Position numbers and translations under genes: made by a program. DNA of 64,000 bases from Candidatus Eiseniibacteriota bacterium (GTDB taxonomy: Bacteria > Eisenbacteria > RBG-16-71-46 > CAIMUX01), in the NCBI GenBank assembly GCA_903844735.1, contig CAIMUX010000047.1, positions 107,862 through 171,861 on the forward strand. Reading direction: 5' to 3'. Below are positions 27,336 through 36,561 of the stretch, one piece after another. The stretch's first letter is position 1. Every line of letters starts with the position of its first letter. The notes beneath the pieces are model-generated. The model worked only from the letters and a program-made list of their open reading frames with translations. It was not told the DNA's origin and searched no databases.

Positions 27336-28610
27336 ATGGGTCGGGTCTGGGTAGTGGTCCGCCAGGAATACCTGAACAAGGTGCGGACCAAGGCATTTCT
27401 CTTCGGGACCTTCGTGGTGCCGCTCCTCTTCGCCGCCATGGGCGTGCTCCCGGCCTACTTCATGAACAAGAGCGTGGAGCAGTCGGGGACCTACGCGGTG
27501 GTCGACGAGACCGGCCTCCTCTTCGGGCCGCTGGGGAAGGCCCTCGACGACAGCTCGAAGACCGGCGAACGCCTCTTCAGTCTGGTGCCGGAACCGGCGA
27601 GCGGACGCAGTCGGGAGGATCTCAAGCGCGATCTGGGTAGCCTCGTGGCCAGAGGCGATCTGGCCGGGTTCTTCCTCGTGCCGGCCGATGCCGTCGAGGG
27701 GGGCGAGGTCGCCTTCGGCGCCACCAGCGTCTCCGACTTCCAGCGTAACGAGTCGATCCACGCTTCGCTCAACGAGGCTGTGCGTGAGGTGCGCATTTCG
27801 CGCACGAAGCTCGACCCGGCCGAGGTGAAGGCGGTGCTTAAGCCGATTCCCCTCTCCACCTTCAAGGTCGGCGAGAAGGGCGAGGTGAAGAAGGATTCCG
27901 GCACCACCTTCATGGTCGCCTACGCCGTAGGCTTTGCCCTCTACCTGATCCTCGCCATTTACGGCGGGATGATGCTGCGCGCCGCCCTCGAGGAGAAGAC
28001 CTCGCGCTCGTCCGAGGTAATGGTAGCCACGATCCGCGCTTCGACGCTGATGGCGGGTAAGATCATGGGGATCGGTCTGGTGGGCTTGACGCAAGTGGCA
28101 ATCTGGGCGGTCCTGATCGTCCTGTTCTCGTCCAGCTCGGCCGCCTTCATGCCGGCGGGTTCGCAGGAGATCCTGGCCGAGATCGGAATCACGCCGGTAA
28201 TGGGGCTCTTCTTCGTGGTTTATTTCCTACTCGGTTTCCTCTTCTATGCCGCCCTTTTCGGCGCGGTCGGCGCCATGGTGAGCAGCGAAACGGAAGCCCA
28301 GCAGGCGCAATGGCCGGTAACGATCCCGCTCTTGGTCGCTTTCATTTTCATGACCATGGCCCTGCGGGATCCGAACGCGCCCCTGGTGCGGATCTTTTCG
28401 GTGATTCCGTTCTTCTCGCCGATTCTGATGACGGTGCGGATCTGCATTGTGACCCCGCCCTGGTGGGAGATCGCGATTTCGTTGATCCTTCTGCTGGTCT
28501 TCATCTGGGGCGCGATGTGGATTGCGGGGCGGATCTTCCGGGTCGGTCTGCTCATGTACGGCAAGCGGCCGACGCTTCCGGAACTGGTGAAATGGATCCG
28601 CTTCGGTTGA
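27336..28610 (+). CDS. ABC-2-type transporter permease (NatB-like)
   Basis: Starts 3 nt after the ATPase stop. N-terminal TM helix, a large soluble loop, then five or more C-terminal TM helices, as in ABC-2 permeases. Confidence 0.8.
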   Translation: MGRVWVVVRQEYLNKVRTKAFLFGTFVVPLLFAAMGVLPAYFMNKSVEQSGTYAVVDETGLLFGPLGKALDDSSKTGERLFSLVPEPASGRSREDLKRDLGSLVARGDLAGFFLVPADAVEGGEVAFGATSVSDFQRNESIHASLNEAVREVRISRTKLDPAEVKAVLKPIPLSTFKVGEKGEVKKDSGTTFMVAYAVGFALYLILAIYGGMMLRAALEEKTSRSSEVMVATIRASTLMAGKIMGIGLVGLTQVAIWAVLIVLFSSSSAAFMPAGSQEILAEIGITPVMGLFFVVYFLLGFLFYAALFGAVGAMVSSETEAQQAQWPVTIPLLVAFIFMTMALRDPNAPLVRIFSVIPFFSPILMTVRICIVTPPWWEIAISLILLLVFIWGAMWIAGRIFRVGLLMYGKRPTLPELVKWIRFG

Positions 28611-31600
28611 ACGGGGTGGCCCGCCCCACGCGGTGCGCTCTTCTCGCATCCTTAGTCCTCCTGACGGTGTGGACTTCGCTCCTGCTTGTCTCGTGCCGGG
28701 AGGAGCCGGGACGGTCTACGCCAGGAAAGGAGACCGGCTCCCGACTGCGCAAGACCGGTCGGACCTTCTACACGGACGAACGCATCGCTGTAGGGCGCAA
28801 GAACATTGCACGAGCGGGCTGGGGAGACGACTTGCGCCGTCGCATCTTCGAGACCGGGGACTCGATCGGCGGGTACATCGGGCCCGAGTACACCGCGGCG
28901 GACCTCTACGCCGCGCAGACGGACGGCTCCCTGTGGCTGCTTCAGCCACCGACGACGATCCCCCGCGTCATCGATCCCCGGGCATCCGTCGCCCGCTGTC
29001 CCCAACACGGCGAGACAGTCCGGTCCGTCGATCCGAACTGTCCCTGGCGCATCGATCCGATCGCTCACCCGTACCGGATCCAGTGTCCGATCGGCGGGGA
29101 ATGGTATCCCAGCAATCGCTACGATCAGGGGAACCTGACCTCCGGGGCGTTTCCCGACGACGGGAACGGTTTTGTCGTGGACGGGATTCGCTACTTTCCC
29201 CTTCGCGAGTACTGCCACATGGTCTACGGCACGGTGGTCATTCCAACTCTCCGGAGTCTGTCGCAGGCCTATCTCCTGACCGGTGATCGGCGCTACGCGC
29301 ACAAGGGATGCGTCCTGCTCGCCCGCCTGGCCACGGTCTACCCGAACTACGGGTGGGAGGGGGACGATCCGACTCTGGAGAACCGCTTCGACCGCACCTA
29401 TCTCGGTCCCTGGAACAACCAGCATCCCTACTATGCGTGGAAACGCGGAGGGTTGATCACGGATTGCATCTGGGAATGTCTTTCCCTGGACGCGTTGGCC
29501 TACGTCTACGATGCCTTCTACGACTATCTGGATGACGATCCGGATCTGATTCGCTTTGTCCGAGACAGGGGCCTGATGGTGAAGGACGGAAAGGAGCTGC
29601 GCGGCTACATCGAGACCTACATCCTCCGGTCGGGGATGCGCGCGATCAAGGCGAAGTGGGTCACGGGGAACGAGGGTCACCATCAGTCGGCGGCCCTGGC
29701 GCTGGCGCTGGTTCTCGATGACCATTCCTCCCGGCATCCCAACAGCGCGGACCTGGTCGACTATGCCTATTTCGATCAAGGGCAGGCGGCCTATATTCTG
29801 GTGAACGGCCTGACCAGGGATGGTGGCGGCTACGAGAGCCCCTCCTATAACCTGTACAATCTCCGCTTCATCGCCGTGGCCCGCTGCATGGAGGAGTTGC
29901 GACGACGGCATCCAGCCCTCTATCCCGTCCAGCGGTACCCGGATATCTTCGCCGGGCCCAAGGCCAGAGCGCTCTTTGACTACTACATCGACATGGTCCA
30001 ACAAGATCACCGCTTGCCGTCGATCGGCGACGAGGGTGGGATCACGCCCCCCACCCGCCGGACCGGCTACGCGCCTTCGGTTCTCACGCACGAGAACGTG
30101 TTCGCGGCGACGCGGTATCGCGACCCACGATTTGCCGTGGCCTGCACGGATGAGAACGGTGGCGCGGTTCCGGGCGAACTGTGGGAGCCGTATCCGGAAA
30201 AGGAAATCAGGGCTATCCGGGAGCAGCACGGCGATACCATCCGGCGGGAGAGCCGGTTTCTGGACGGCTATGGCGTCATGATTCTGGAGTCGAGCGGCAG
30301 CCGTGCGAAGACGACGCTAGCGCTGAATTACACGTCTCTGCGAAACCACGGCCAGGCCGATCGGCTCGCCATCGGGCTGATCAAGGACGGAGTCGACCTT
30401 CTTCCCGATCTGGGCTATCCCGTGACCTGGGACTACCGCAAGCAGTGGGATGGGAACAGTCTCGCCCACAACACCGTGACCGTGGACGAGACCCAGCCCG
30501 ACTACTGGAGCATTCGGGGGCGGGGCCGTCTCTTCGCGTCGTCGGCCGGAGTTCACTTGGCTGTGGCCACCCACGATCCGTATCCGGGAGGGCTGCGGGC
30601 CGGGGCGCGACCGGTGCGTACGTTCGAGCGCGGCGTGCTCCTCGTGGAAACGGAGGGCGGAGATCCCTACGTCGTCGACCTCTTCTTGGTCGACGGCGGC
30701 GAGCAGCACGATCAGAGCTGGCACGGCATGTTGACCCGAGTCCAGGACCCCGATCTCGCCTGGGTCCCGCAGGCGCGAGGAACACTGGCCGGCCCCGGCG
30801 TCGTGGAGTTCGCCGGCTACACAGACCGGTGGGGACGTGAGCATCCGGCCGGGGATTTCCCGAGCTACCTGACGCATGTCCGGCGCGCCACGTTGGAGCG
30901 GCCGGCGCGGTGGCGTTGGTCGTCGGGGCTGGCCGAGGGCGACTTTCTGGATCTGTACCTCCTGCCCTTGGACGGTCCGGCCGAGGTCATTCAGGCGACG
31001 GGCCGATCTCCGGTGTGGCAGGACCGGGATCTGGACTACGTCATCCTGCGCCGTCGTGCCCGTGGCGGTTCGTTGTCGCGGTTTCTCACCGTACTCGCGC
31101 CGGGTCAGGGCCGGTCGACCGCACTACAGGTCGAGCTTCTCTCTCAGAATCCCCTTCGGCTCGAGGTGAAGCACGGGGACACGCAGGACCGCATCGAGTT
31201 CACCCTGGGTCGCGCCGACCCCGGTGTCCCCGCTGCTCTTGTCGGCGTCAGGGTCGAGAGAACGGCGGTGGGAGGCCGCAAACAGGAGATACGCATCGGC
31301 GAGCGCGAAGCCGGACGGGGGGATGGCTATGTTCGGTCTCAGATCGTCGCCGTCGATCGCGACCATAACGCGATCGTATGTCGCTGGGATGGTGCAGATA
31401 CCGGTTCAGGTGCCGGTGCCACCGCGTTTGTCTCCAATGCCGTGGTCCGGTTGTACAACGAGCAGCGCTCCAGCCTCTGGCGAATCGAGAAGGCCAGCCG
31501 GGATGGATCGCAGGTCCGTCTCCAGCTCGACCGGACGTCTCTAGCCGCCTTCGGGCCGGTGAGCCGGATGGAGGATGGAATCGTCTATCTGGCCGCGGGA

Positions 31601-31861
31601 CTTCCCCTGGCGACCAGCGCCATCGATAGCCAGGGACTCAGCATTCGCCAGGACGCGTACGCGGGCATGGTGTTGGAGGGCGGGAGCGACGCCGTCCGCA
31701 TCGATGCGGCCACCCAGCCCGGCGTTGTCGTTCTCGCCGAACCGGTGCCGGTCAGTCGACTCCGCGCATGCATGCCGGATGGAATCGCCCGGATCTACGA
31801 GTACGGGGTCGGGGACTCGATCGAGCTGGCGCGGGTGGAGGTGCGGACGACCGGTTGGTAA
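28592..31861 (+). CDS. Heparinase II/III-like (polysaccharide-lyase-fold) lipoprotein, about 1089 aa
   Basis: Lipoprotein signal ..LLTVWTSLLLVSC. The N-terminal alpha/alpha-toroid-like region has a Cys cluster (CPQHG..CPWRIDP..CPIGGEWYP). HQSAALALALVLDD and DRLAIGLIKDGVDLLPDLGYP..SLAHNTVTVDE resemble the Hepar_II_III core. It overlaps the permease gene by 19 nt; the ORF-track start at 28310 is rejected. Confidence 0.65.
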   Translation: MDPLRLNGVARPTRCALLASLVLLTVWTSLLLVSCREEPGRSTPGKETGSRLRKTGRTFYTDERIAVGRKNIARAGWGDDLRRRIFETGDSIGGYIGPEYTAADLYAAQTDGSLWLLQPPTTIPRVIDPRASVARCPQHGETVRSVDPNCPWRIDPIAHPYRIQCPIGGEWYPSNRYDQGNLTSGAFPDDGNGFVVDGIRYFPLREYCHMVYGTVVIPTLRSLSQAYLLTGDRRYAHKGCVLLARLATVYPNYGWEGDDPTLENRFDRTYLGPWNNQHPYYAWKRGGLITDCIWECLSLDALAYVYDAFYDYLDDDPDLIRFVRDRGLMVKDGKELRGYIETYILRSGMRAIKAKWVTGNEGHHQSAALALALVLDDHSSRHPNSADLVDYAYFDQGQAAYILVNGLTRDGGGYESPSYNLYNLRFIAVARCMEELRRRHPALYPVQRYPDIFAGPKARALFDYYIDMVQQDHRLPSIGDEGGITPPTRRTGYAPSVLTHENVFAATRYRDPRFAVACTDENGGAVPGELWEPYPEKEIRAIREQHGDTIRRESRFLDGYGVMILESSGSRAKTTLALNYTSLRNHGQADRLAIGLIKDGVDLLPDLGYPVTWDYRKQWDGNSLAHNTVTVDETQPDYWSIRGRGRLFASSAGVHLAVATHDPYPGGLRAGARPVRTFERGVLLVETEGGDPYVVDLFLVDGGEQHDQSWHGMLTRVQDPDLAWVPQARGTLAGPGVVEFAGYTDRWGREHPAGDFPSYLTHVRRATLERPARWRWSSGLAEGDFLDLYLLPLDGPAEVIQATGRSPVWQDRDLDYVILRRRARGGSLSRFLTVLAPGQGRSTALQVELLSQNPLRLEVKHGDTQDRIEFTLGRADPGVPAALVGVRVERTAVGGRKQEIRIGEREAGRGDGYVRSQIVAVDRDHNAIVCRWDGADTGSGAGATAFVSNAVVRLYNEQRSSLWRIEKASRDGSQVRLQLDRTSLAAFGPVSRMEDGIVYLAAGLPLATSAIDSQGLSIRQDAYAGMVLEGGSDAVRIDAATQPGVVVLAEPVPVSRLRACMPDGIARIYEYGVGDSIELARVEVRTTGW

Positions 31862-31953
31862 TCGGAAGACAGGAGTCAGAATGAAGATGCTCCTTCCACT
31901 CCGAAGGAGAACTGAGCGGCGCCCTCGGCTGTCGCAGCAGGATTTCGTGACGA

Positions 31954-32856
31954 ATGCGGGCTAACGTAGCACTGGACCAGGTCGCCCACGACGTGACCGC
32001 CTGCCAGGTCTGCCCCCGCCTCCGCGCCCACTGCCAGGAAGTCGCCCGCGTCAAGCGCGCCGCCTACCGCCACGAAAACTACTGGGGCCGGCCTGTCCCC
32101 GGCTTCGGTGATCCTCGCGCGCGCCTGCTCATCGTCGGCTTGGCCCCCGGAGCGCACGGCGCAAACCGCACTGGACGGCTCTTCACCGGCGACCGTTCCG
32201 CCGACTTTCTCTTCGCGTCTCTGCATCGGACCGGTTGGGCCAACCAGCCGAACTCCACCCATGTCGACGATGGCCTACGATTGACGGGCGCCTTCATCTC
32301 CGCCGTCGGTCGATGCGCGCCGCCGGACAACCGGCCGACGCCGGAGGAGATCCGCCGGTGCCTGCCGTTTCTCGTGCGCGAGATCACGTACCTGCGGCAC
32401 CTGTGCGTGGTCGTGGTGCTGGGGCAAATCGCGTTTGCAGGGATCTGGGCCGCGTTCGAACTCCTCGGACATCCTCCGCGGCGGCCTCGGCCGGTCTTCG
32501 GCCACTGCGCGGTGATCGAGGCGGTGGGCGCGGATCCCATCGTCATCGCCTCCTATCATCCCAGCCAGCAGAACACGCAGACCGGCCGTTTGACACCGGC
32601 GATGCTGGATCAGGTCTTCGTTCGTGCGCGGGAACTCGCGGATCGTGCCGGGCCTAGGATCTCCGTGTCGAGGGTGCGCAGATCGATTACCGCCCCGAGA
32701 CGAACGGATTCCCTCGGACACAAAACCGGAGGTGTCTGCGGGCCCATCGCCCCGCGTACTGGACCCCGATCCGGGGGCCGCGAGCGACGACGGGCCGGGC
32801 GTCTTCGTCCCGAACCGCAATGTAGAGTCCGCCGCTCACGAGATCGTAACCGTTGA
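31954..32856 (+). CDS. Uracil-DNA glycosylase superfamily protein (family 4/5-like, Fe-S type)
   Basis: CQVCPRLRAHC, GLAPGAHGANRTGRLFTGD, SYHPSQQNTQTGRL. The catalytic domain appears to end near 32630. The remaining ~75 codons are an Arg-rich read-through antisense to the mpg 3' end. Confidence 0.8.
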   Translation: MRANVALDQVAHDVTACQVCPRLRAHCQEVARVKRAAYRHENYWGRPVPGFGDPRARLLIVGLAPGAHGANRTGRLFTGDRSADFLFASLHRTGWANQPNSTHVDDGLRLTGAFISAVGRCAPPDNRPTPEEIRRCLPFLVREITYLRHLCVVVVLGQIAFAGIWAAFELLGHPPRRPRPVFGHCAVIEAVGADPIVIASYHPSQQNTQTGRLTPAMLDQVFVRARELADRAGPRISVSRVRRSITAPRRTDSLGHKTGGVCGPIAPRTGPRSGGRERRRAGRLRPEPQCRVRRSRDRNR

Positions 32857-33238
32857 GGCATCGATCGATCCCCAGCGCCCGGCAGAGCAGGGCCGGGCCC
32901 TGCGTGCGACTCTCGATTCCGCGGACCGGCTCCAGCGCCCGCAGCAGGACGGCCGAACCGTGGCCCTCACCCTCCGTGACGACGTTCAGGCAGAAGTGCA
33001 TCCCATAAATCATGTACACATAGGCGTGACCCGGGGGACCGAACATGACCCGGTTGCGCTCGGTCATCCCCTTCGAGGAGTGCGAGGCCAGATCATGCGG
33101 ACCCAGGTACGCCTCGGTTTCCACAATCCGACCGATCCGCTTCTTCCCGTCGGAGACGGAGACGAGGTAGGTGCCGAGCAGATCCCTGGCCACCAGAGCG
33201 GTCTCTCGATCGTAAAAGGATCTCGGAAGTCGTTTCAT
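32687..33238 (-). CDS. mpg: DNA-3-methyladenine glycosylase (Mpg/AAG family)
   Basis: RIVETEAYLGPHDLASHSSKGMTERNRVMFGPPGHAYVYMIYGMHFCLNVV and LLRALEP are typical AAG/Mpg motifs. The Met at 33238 (MKRLPRSFYDR) is preferred over 33322. Confidence 0.88.
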   Translation of the reverse strand: MKRLPRSFYDRETALVARDLLGTYLVSVSDGKKRIGRIVETEAYLGPHDLASHSSKGMTERNRVMFGPPGHAYVYMIYGMHFCLNVVTEGEGHGSAVLLRALEPVRGIESRTQGPALLCRALGIDRCLNGYDLVSGGLYIAVRDEDARPVVARGPRIGVQYAGRWARRHLRFCVRGNPFVSGR

Positions 33239-33272
33239 GTTGCAGCGCTGACGATAAGCGATGATTCGCTCC

Positions 33273-34379
33273 CTACATCTCCACCTCGATCTCCCAGATC
33301 GAATACCCCCACTGCGTGCCACGTTCCTTCATCATCAGCTTCAAGAACCGCGGCTCGAGTCCGTCGGGAATCTCGATCACGTCAACCCCGCCGTCTCCGG
33401 CGGTTTCCGTGGCCAAGGTGGTCCAGTCTCCTTCACCCGTCTTCGAGGTTAGCAGGTCGTAGACCTTGCCATGCGCCGTCTCCCAGTAGATCACCATCCG
33501 CCGCACCGCCTTCAAAGCGCCGAGGTTGATCAGCAGCCACTGTGGGTCGGTCCACTCCGATTCCCAACGCGTGGCGAGATCGCCGTCGAAAGCCCGTGCA
33601 GCATCGCCGCTCGATGCGGTGAGTACGGCGTCCTGCGGTTTCATCAGGCTGGACTCCATCCTTTCGTGTTGCAGGAGCCATGTGTAGAACTCGGGGTTCG
33701 CGTAGGTGGCCGACCAGGAGTCGTGGCCGACGTCGGGATAGACGGTGGTTCGCATGTCGCCATGAGCCCGGGCCAATGCGTCGGCCATGGTCTGCATGTC
33801 GGAGAGGGGAACGACGTCGTCCCGGGCGCCGTGGAAGGCCCATATGGGGATGCGCCGCAGACGAAAGGCTTGGTCGGGATCGCCACGGCCGCACACCGGC
33901 GCGATGGCGGCGAAACGCTCGGGATGGGCCGCGGCGAGGGCCCAGACGCCGAAACCGCCCAGACTGAGGCCGGTGACGTACACGCGGCGCGGGTCGACGC
34001 GGTAGCGAGCGAGGGCGTCGTCTAGGAGCGCGTTGAGGCCGGCCACCATCCACTCGCTGTCCCAGCTCATGCCGGCCGGGCACTGAGGTGAGAGCACGAT
34101 GGCCGGCACCTCGCGGCCGGCGGCCAGTTCCTTCGGCAGTCCGTTGACCTTCACGCGGTCCAGTTCGTTTCCGCGTTCGCCCGAGCCGTGCAGAAAGAGG
34201 ATCAGGGGCCAGCGAGCGGCGGGATCATCGTCGTATCCTTCGGGCAAGTAGAGAAGTTGGCGCAACGTTATCTCCTGGCAGACGGTCTTGCTGAACGTGG
34301 TGGGCTGTTGGCGATCGGCGTCCGCGGCCTGTGAGAGCAAGCCCGCGAAGCACAGACAGGCACAAACCAGGCGGCTCAT
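33273..34379 (-). CDS. Secreted alpha/beta-hydrolase (carboxylesterase/PHB-depolymerase-like) fused to a C-terminal F5/8 type C (discoidin) domain
   Basis: Signal MSRLVCACLCFAGLLSQA. LILFLHGSGERG, nucleophile elbow GLSLGG, HGARDDVVP, GHDSW. C-terminal AFDGDLATRWESEWTDPQWLLINLG..YSIWEIEV is discoidin-like. Confidence 0.75.
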   Translation of the reverse strand: MSRLVCACLCFAGLLSQAADADRQQPTTFSKTVCQEITLRQLLYLPEGYDDDPAARWPLILFLHGSGERGNELDRVKVNGLPKELAAGREVPAIVLSPQCPAGMSWDSEWMVAGLNALLDDALARYRVDPRRVYVTGLSLGGFGVWALAAAHPERFAAIAPVCGRGDPDQAFRLRRIPIWAFHGARDDVVPLSDMQTMADALARAHGDMRTTVYPDVGHDSWSATYANPEFYTWLLQHERMESSLMKPQDAVLTASSGDAARAFDGDLATRWESEWTDPQWLLINLGALKAVRRMVIYWETAHGKVYDLLTSKTGEGDWTTLATETAGDGGVDVIEIPDGLEPRFLKLMMKERGTQWGYSIWEIEVEM

Positions 34380-34475
34380 ATCGACCTCGCTCGTGATAGG
34401 TGAGGGGGCAGCGTAACACACGCGGATGAAGCGAGATGCTGGGTCAGTTCAAGGATCGTTCGGGTCCCGAGGCCG

Positions 34476-35723
34476 TCATGGGGACGATACCGACCACGAT
34501 GCCGGGTTCGCCCGCACGGCATCCACGGCGGCGCGTAATGCTGTCACATTCTCGTGGGCACGTCGAGCCCGAGCGGCCACCAACGCCACCGTCAGCGTCA
34601 ATGTCCGTCCCGGCTGCGCGACAAAGGGCCCCGTGGACATCAGAAGCCGGCGGTCCATCGGGTAGGTCTCGTACCAACCGGTGCCCGACACAGGATCGCC
34701 GCTGACCGCAAGCACAGTGACTTCCTGCGTCGTCGGGTCGACAAACCCGGCGCCGAGCTTGTCCAGTCCGTGAAGCAGATTGTACGCCTCGGGTGCGGTG
34801 TTTGGTTCGCCCCACCCTTTCAGCAGTTGAGGAAACGCGGTCATTCCGGCATCTTCCGGCGTTTCCAGGAAGGTGAACCCGACCGCGGGCTGCCAGGCCC
34901 CCCAGATAGTCTCCGGCGCCGCCGCGGTGTACGTATAGCCGAGCTGTCGCGCAGGGTCCGACCCGACAAGGTCGTTCGCGGCCATCCCGACATCGGCGTC
35001 ACACCAGATGCCGAGGCGCAGGTCTTCCCATGTTGCGGACGACACGTTCGTCACCTGGAAGCGGACAAAGAGTACTGAGTCGAGCGCGGTCTCGGCCCAG
35101 ACCGTTTCGCGCACTTCCGCCTGAAGCGGGTCCGAATGGAGCACGGTGTGGCTGGACGGGTCGCTGTCGTCCAGTGCGATCCATCCGGTCGCCGTGCCGA
35201 TCCGGCGGGGATTCCGTTCGTCGTCCGACGGGGCCCCGGCTTCAACCGGCCAGGCGTCGTAGTCGGCTTCGCCCGGTCCGTCACCGGGTACGAGGATGTA
35301 GGCCAGAGCCACCGAGTCCGGCCCCCGCGGCAGGGGCCGGAACTCAGGCGCGTTGTACGAGGTTGCAGACACCCGAACACGTCCGTTCACGCGCGCTCCC
35401 ACCCAGAGCCCGAAGTCAAAGACGATGGGCCCGTCATCGAACGACACGACCGCGTTGGCCATGCCGCGGGATCCATCGTTGCGCAGCAGTAGTTCCATTC
35501 GGTTCGGGGCGAAGAGCCGCTCGGGTGTAGGCGGGCCGTTGTCCGGGGGCGGTGTCGGGGGCGGGAGACAATTTGGCCCGGTCTTCCCCGGGTGCCACTC
35601 GTCAGCACAAGCGGCGGACAGGAGCAGCACGGCGATCACGACAAAGCGCCCGATCGCGAACGGTCCGATACCGGGGCCGGGACAGGCGCGGCCCGGATCG
35701 ACGAACGTCCTGATTCCGGTCAT
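34476..35723 (-). CDS. Hypothetical secreted protein or lipoprotein (415 aa)
   Basis: Signal/anchor FVVIAVLLLSAAC followed by a Pro-rich linker, then a beta-rich body with normal coding composition. No family recognised by eye. Confidence 0.55.
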   Translation of the reverse strand: MTGIRTFVDPGRACPGPGIGPFAIGRFVVIAVLLLSAACADEWHPGKTGPNCLPPPTPPPDNGPPTPERLFAPNRMELLLRNDGSRGMANAVVSFDDGPIVFDFGLWVGARVNGRVRVSATSYNAPEFRPLPRGPDSVALAYILVPGDGPGEADYDAWPVEAGAPSDDERNPRRIGTATGWIALDDSDPSSHTVLHSDPLQAEVRETVWAETALDSVLFVRFQVTNVSSATWEDLRLGIWCDADVGMAANDLVGSDPARQLGYTYTAAAPETIWGAWQPAVGFTFLETPEDAGMTAFPQLLKGWGEPNTAPEAYNLLHGLDKLGAGFVDPTTQEVTVLAVSGDPVSGTGWYETYPMDRRLLMSTGPFVAQPGRTLTLTVALVAARARRAHENVTALRAAVDAVRANPASWSVSSP

Positions 35724-35785
35724 GGAGCCTCCGAATCTGGGTTGCCCGGTGGTTGCGGATTTCGCGATGCGTCCGACGAAGAACC

Positions 35786-35974
35786 TCAGGTCGAGCGCCG
35801 CCGCCGGGTTGGGAGGCGGGCTTGCGAGCCCGACGGATCCAGCAAGACCAGATTCGTGTCTTCCGCGTAGGCGACAGCGTACTTTTCGCGGACACCACCT
35901 TGAAAGTCGTACTCCGCAAGCGGCCCCTCATCGCGAACGACCCCTGGCCGCGGGTCGGGCGGGAACCTTCTTCA
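35786..35974 (-). pseudogene. Frameshifted remnant of a small type II antitoxin-like gene
   Basis: GGAGGGAAT then ATG gives MKKVPARPAARGRSR followed by a stop. The next frame continues ..DEGPLAEYDFQGGVREKYAVAYAEDTNLVLLDP.., which resembles the EYDFS.GVRGKYA..Y.EGTN.V.LDP C-terminal motif common in small antitoxins. That frame has no start codon, and the sequence after LDP is degenerate. Confidence 0.35.
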
Positions 35975-36012
35975 TATTCCCTCCGTTCTCGGAACGTGGC
36001 ATCGCGTGCGCT

Positions 36013-36029
36013 GATCGGTCGAACCGATC
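36013..36029. promoter_or_regulatory. Perfect 7-3-7 inverted repeat (GATCGGT cga ACCGATC), candidate operator upstream of the antitoxin remnant
   Basis: Read directly. The palindrome lies about 40 nt upstream of the remnant ATG (minus strand), the usual place for an autoregulatory TA operator. Confidence 0.3.
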
Positions 36030-36561
36030 CTCTCCGCTAACTATGGACCGCCACAACGACAAGGCCAACATCGGACGTTCCCAGCAGGACGAGCCCCTCC
36101 TCACCCGTTGAGTGCCGCGGATTCAGGGGGAGCCGCTGAACCGAGTGCTCTTTCCCGCGCGGTAACCATCTGGTGACGGTCAAGACCACGGTCGTCGATG
36201 GGTTTCTGCACCACAATCCGGTCGTCGGGGTGCCATCGGGGATTCCTTTCGAGGTGCGGGGGGCGGACCCGATGGGGGCGTGGCTGTATGGGCCTGGGTA
36301 CGGGATGGAGCCGGAGGGGTTTGGGCCGCTGCGGATTTCTTGGGAGCAGGATTGGGGGGCGGATACCGGGGAGGTCTTTGATGAGGAGGACGAGGCGTGA
36401 GATGCCGGAAACCCGGGAGCGTTCGCTCTACACGCTGCGAGCGCAGGACGAAAGGTGGGCGGCCAGTCCGGACATCCTCGCGGTGGCGGTTTGGACATGG
36501 CTGGTTGACATCGGTTGGATGCAAAGCCGATATCTCATTAGGAGGTAGATAGTGTCTGACC

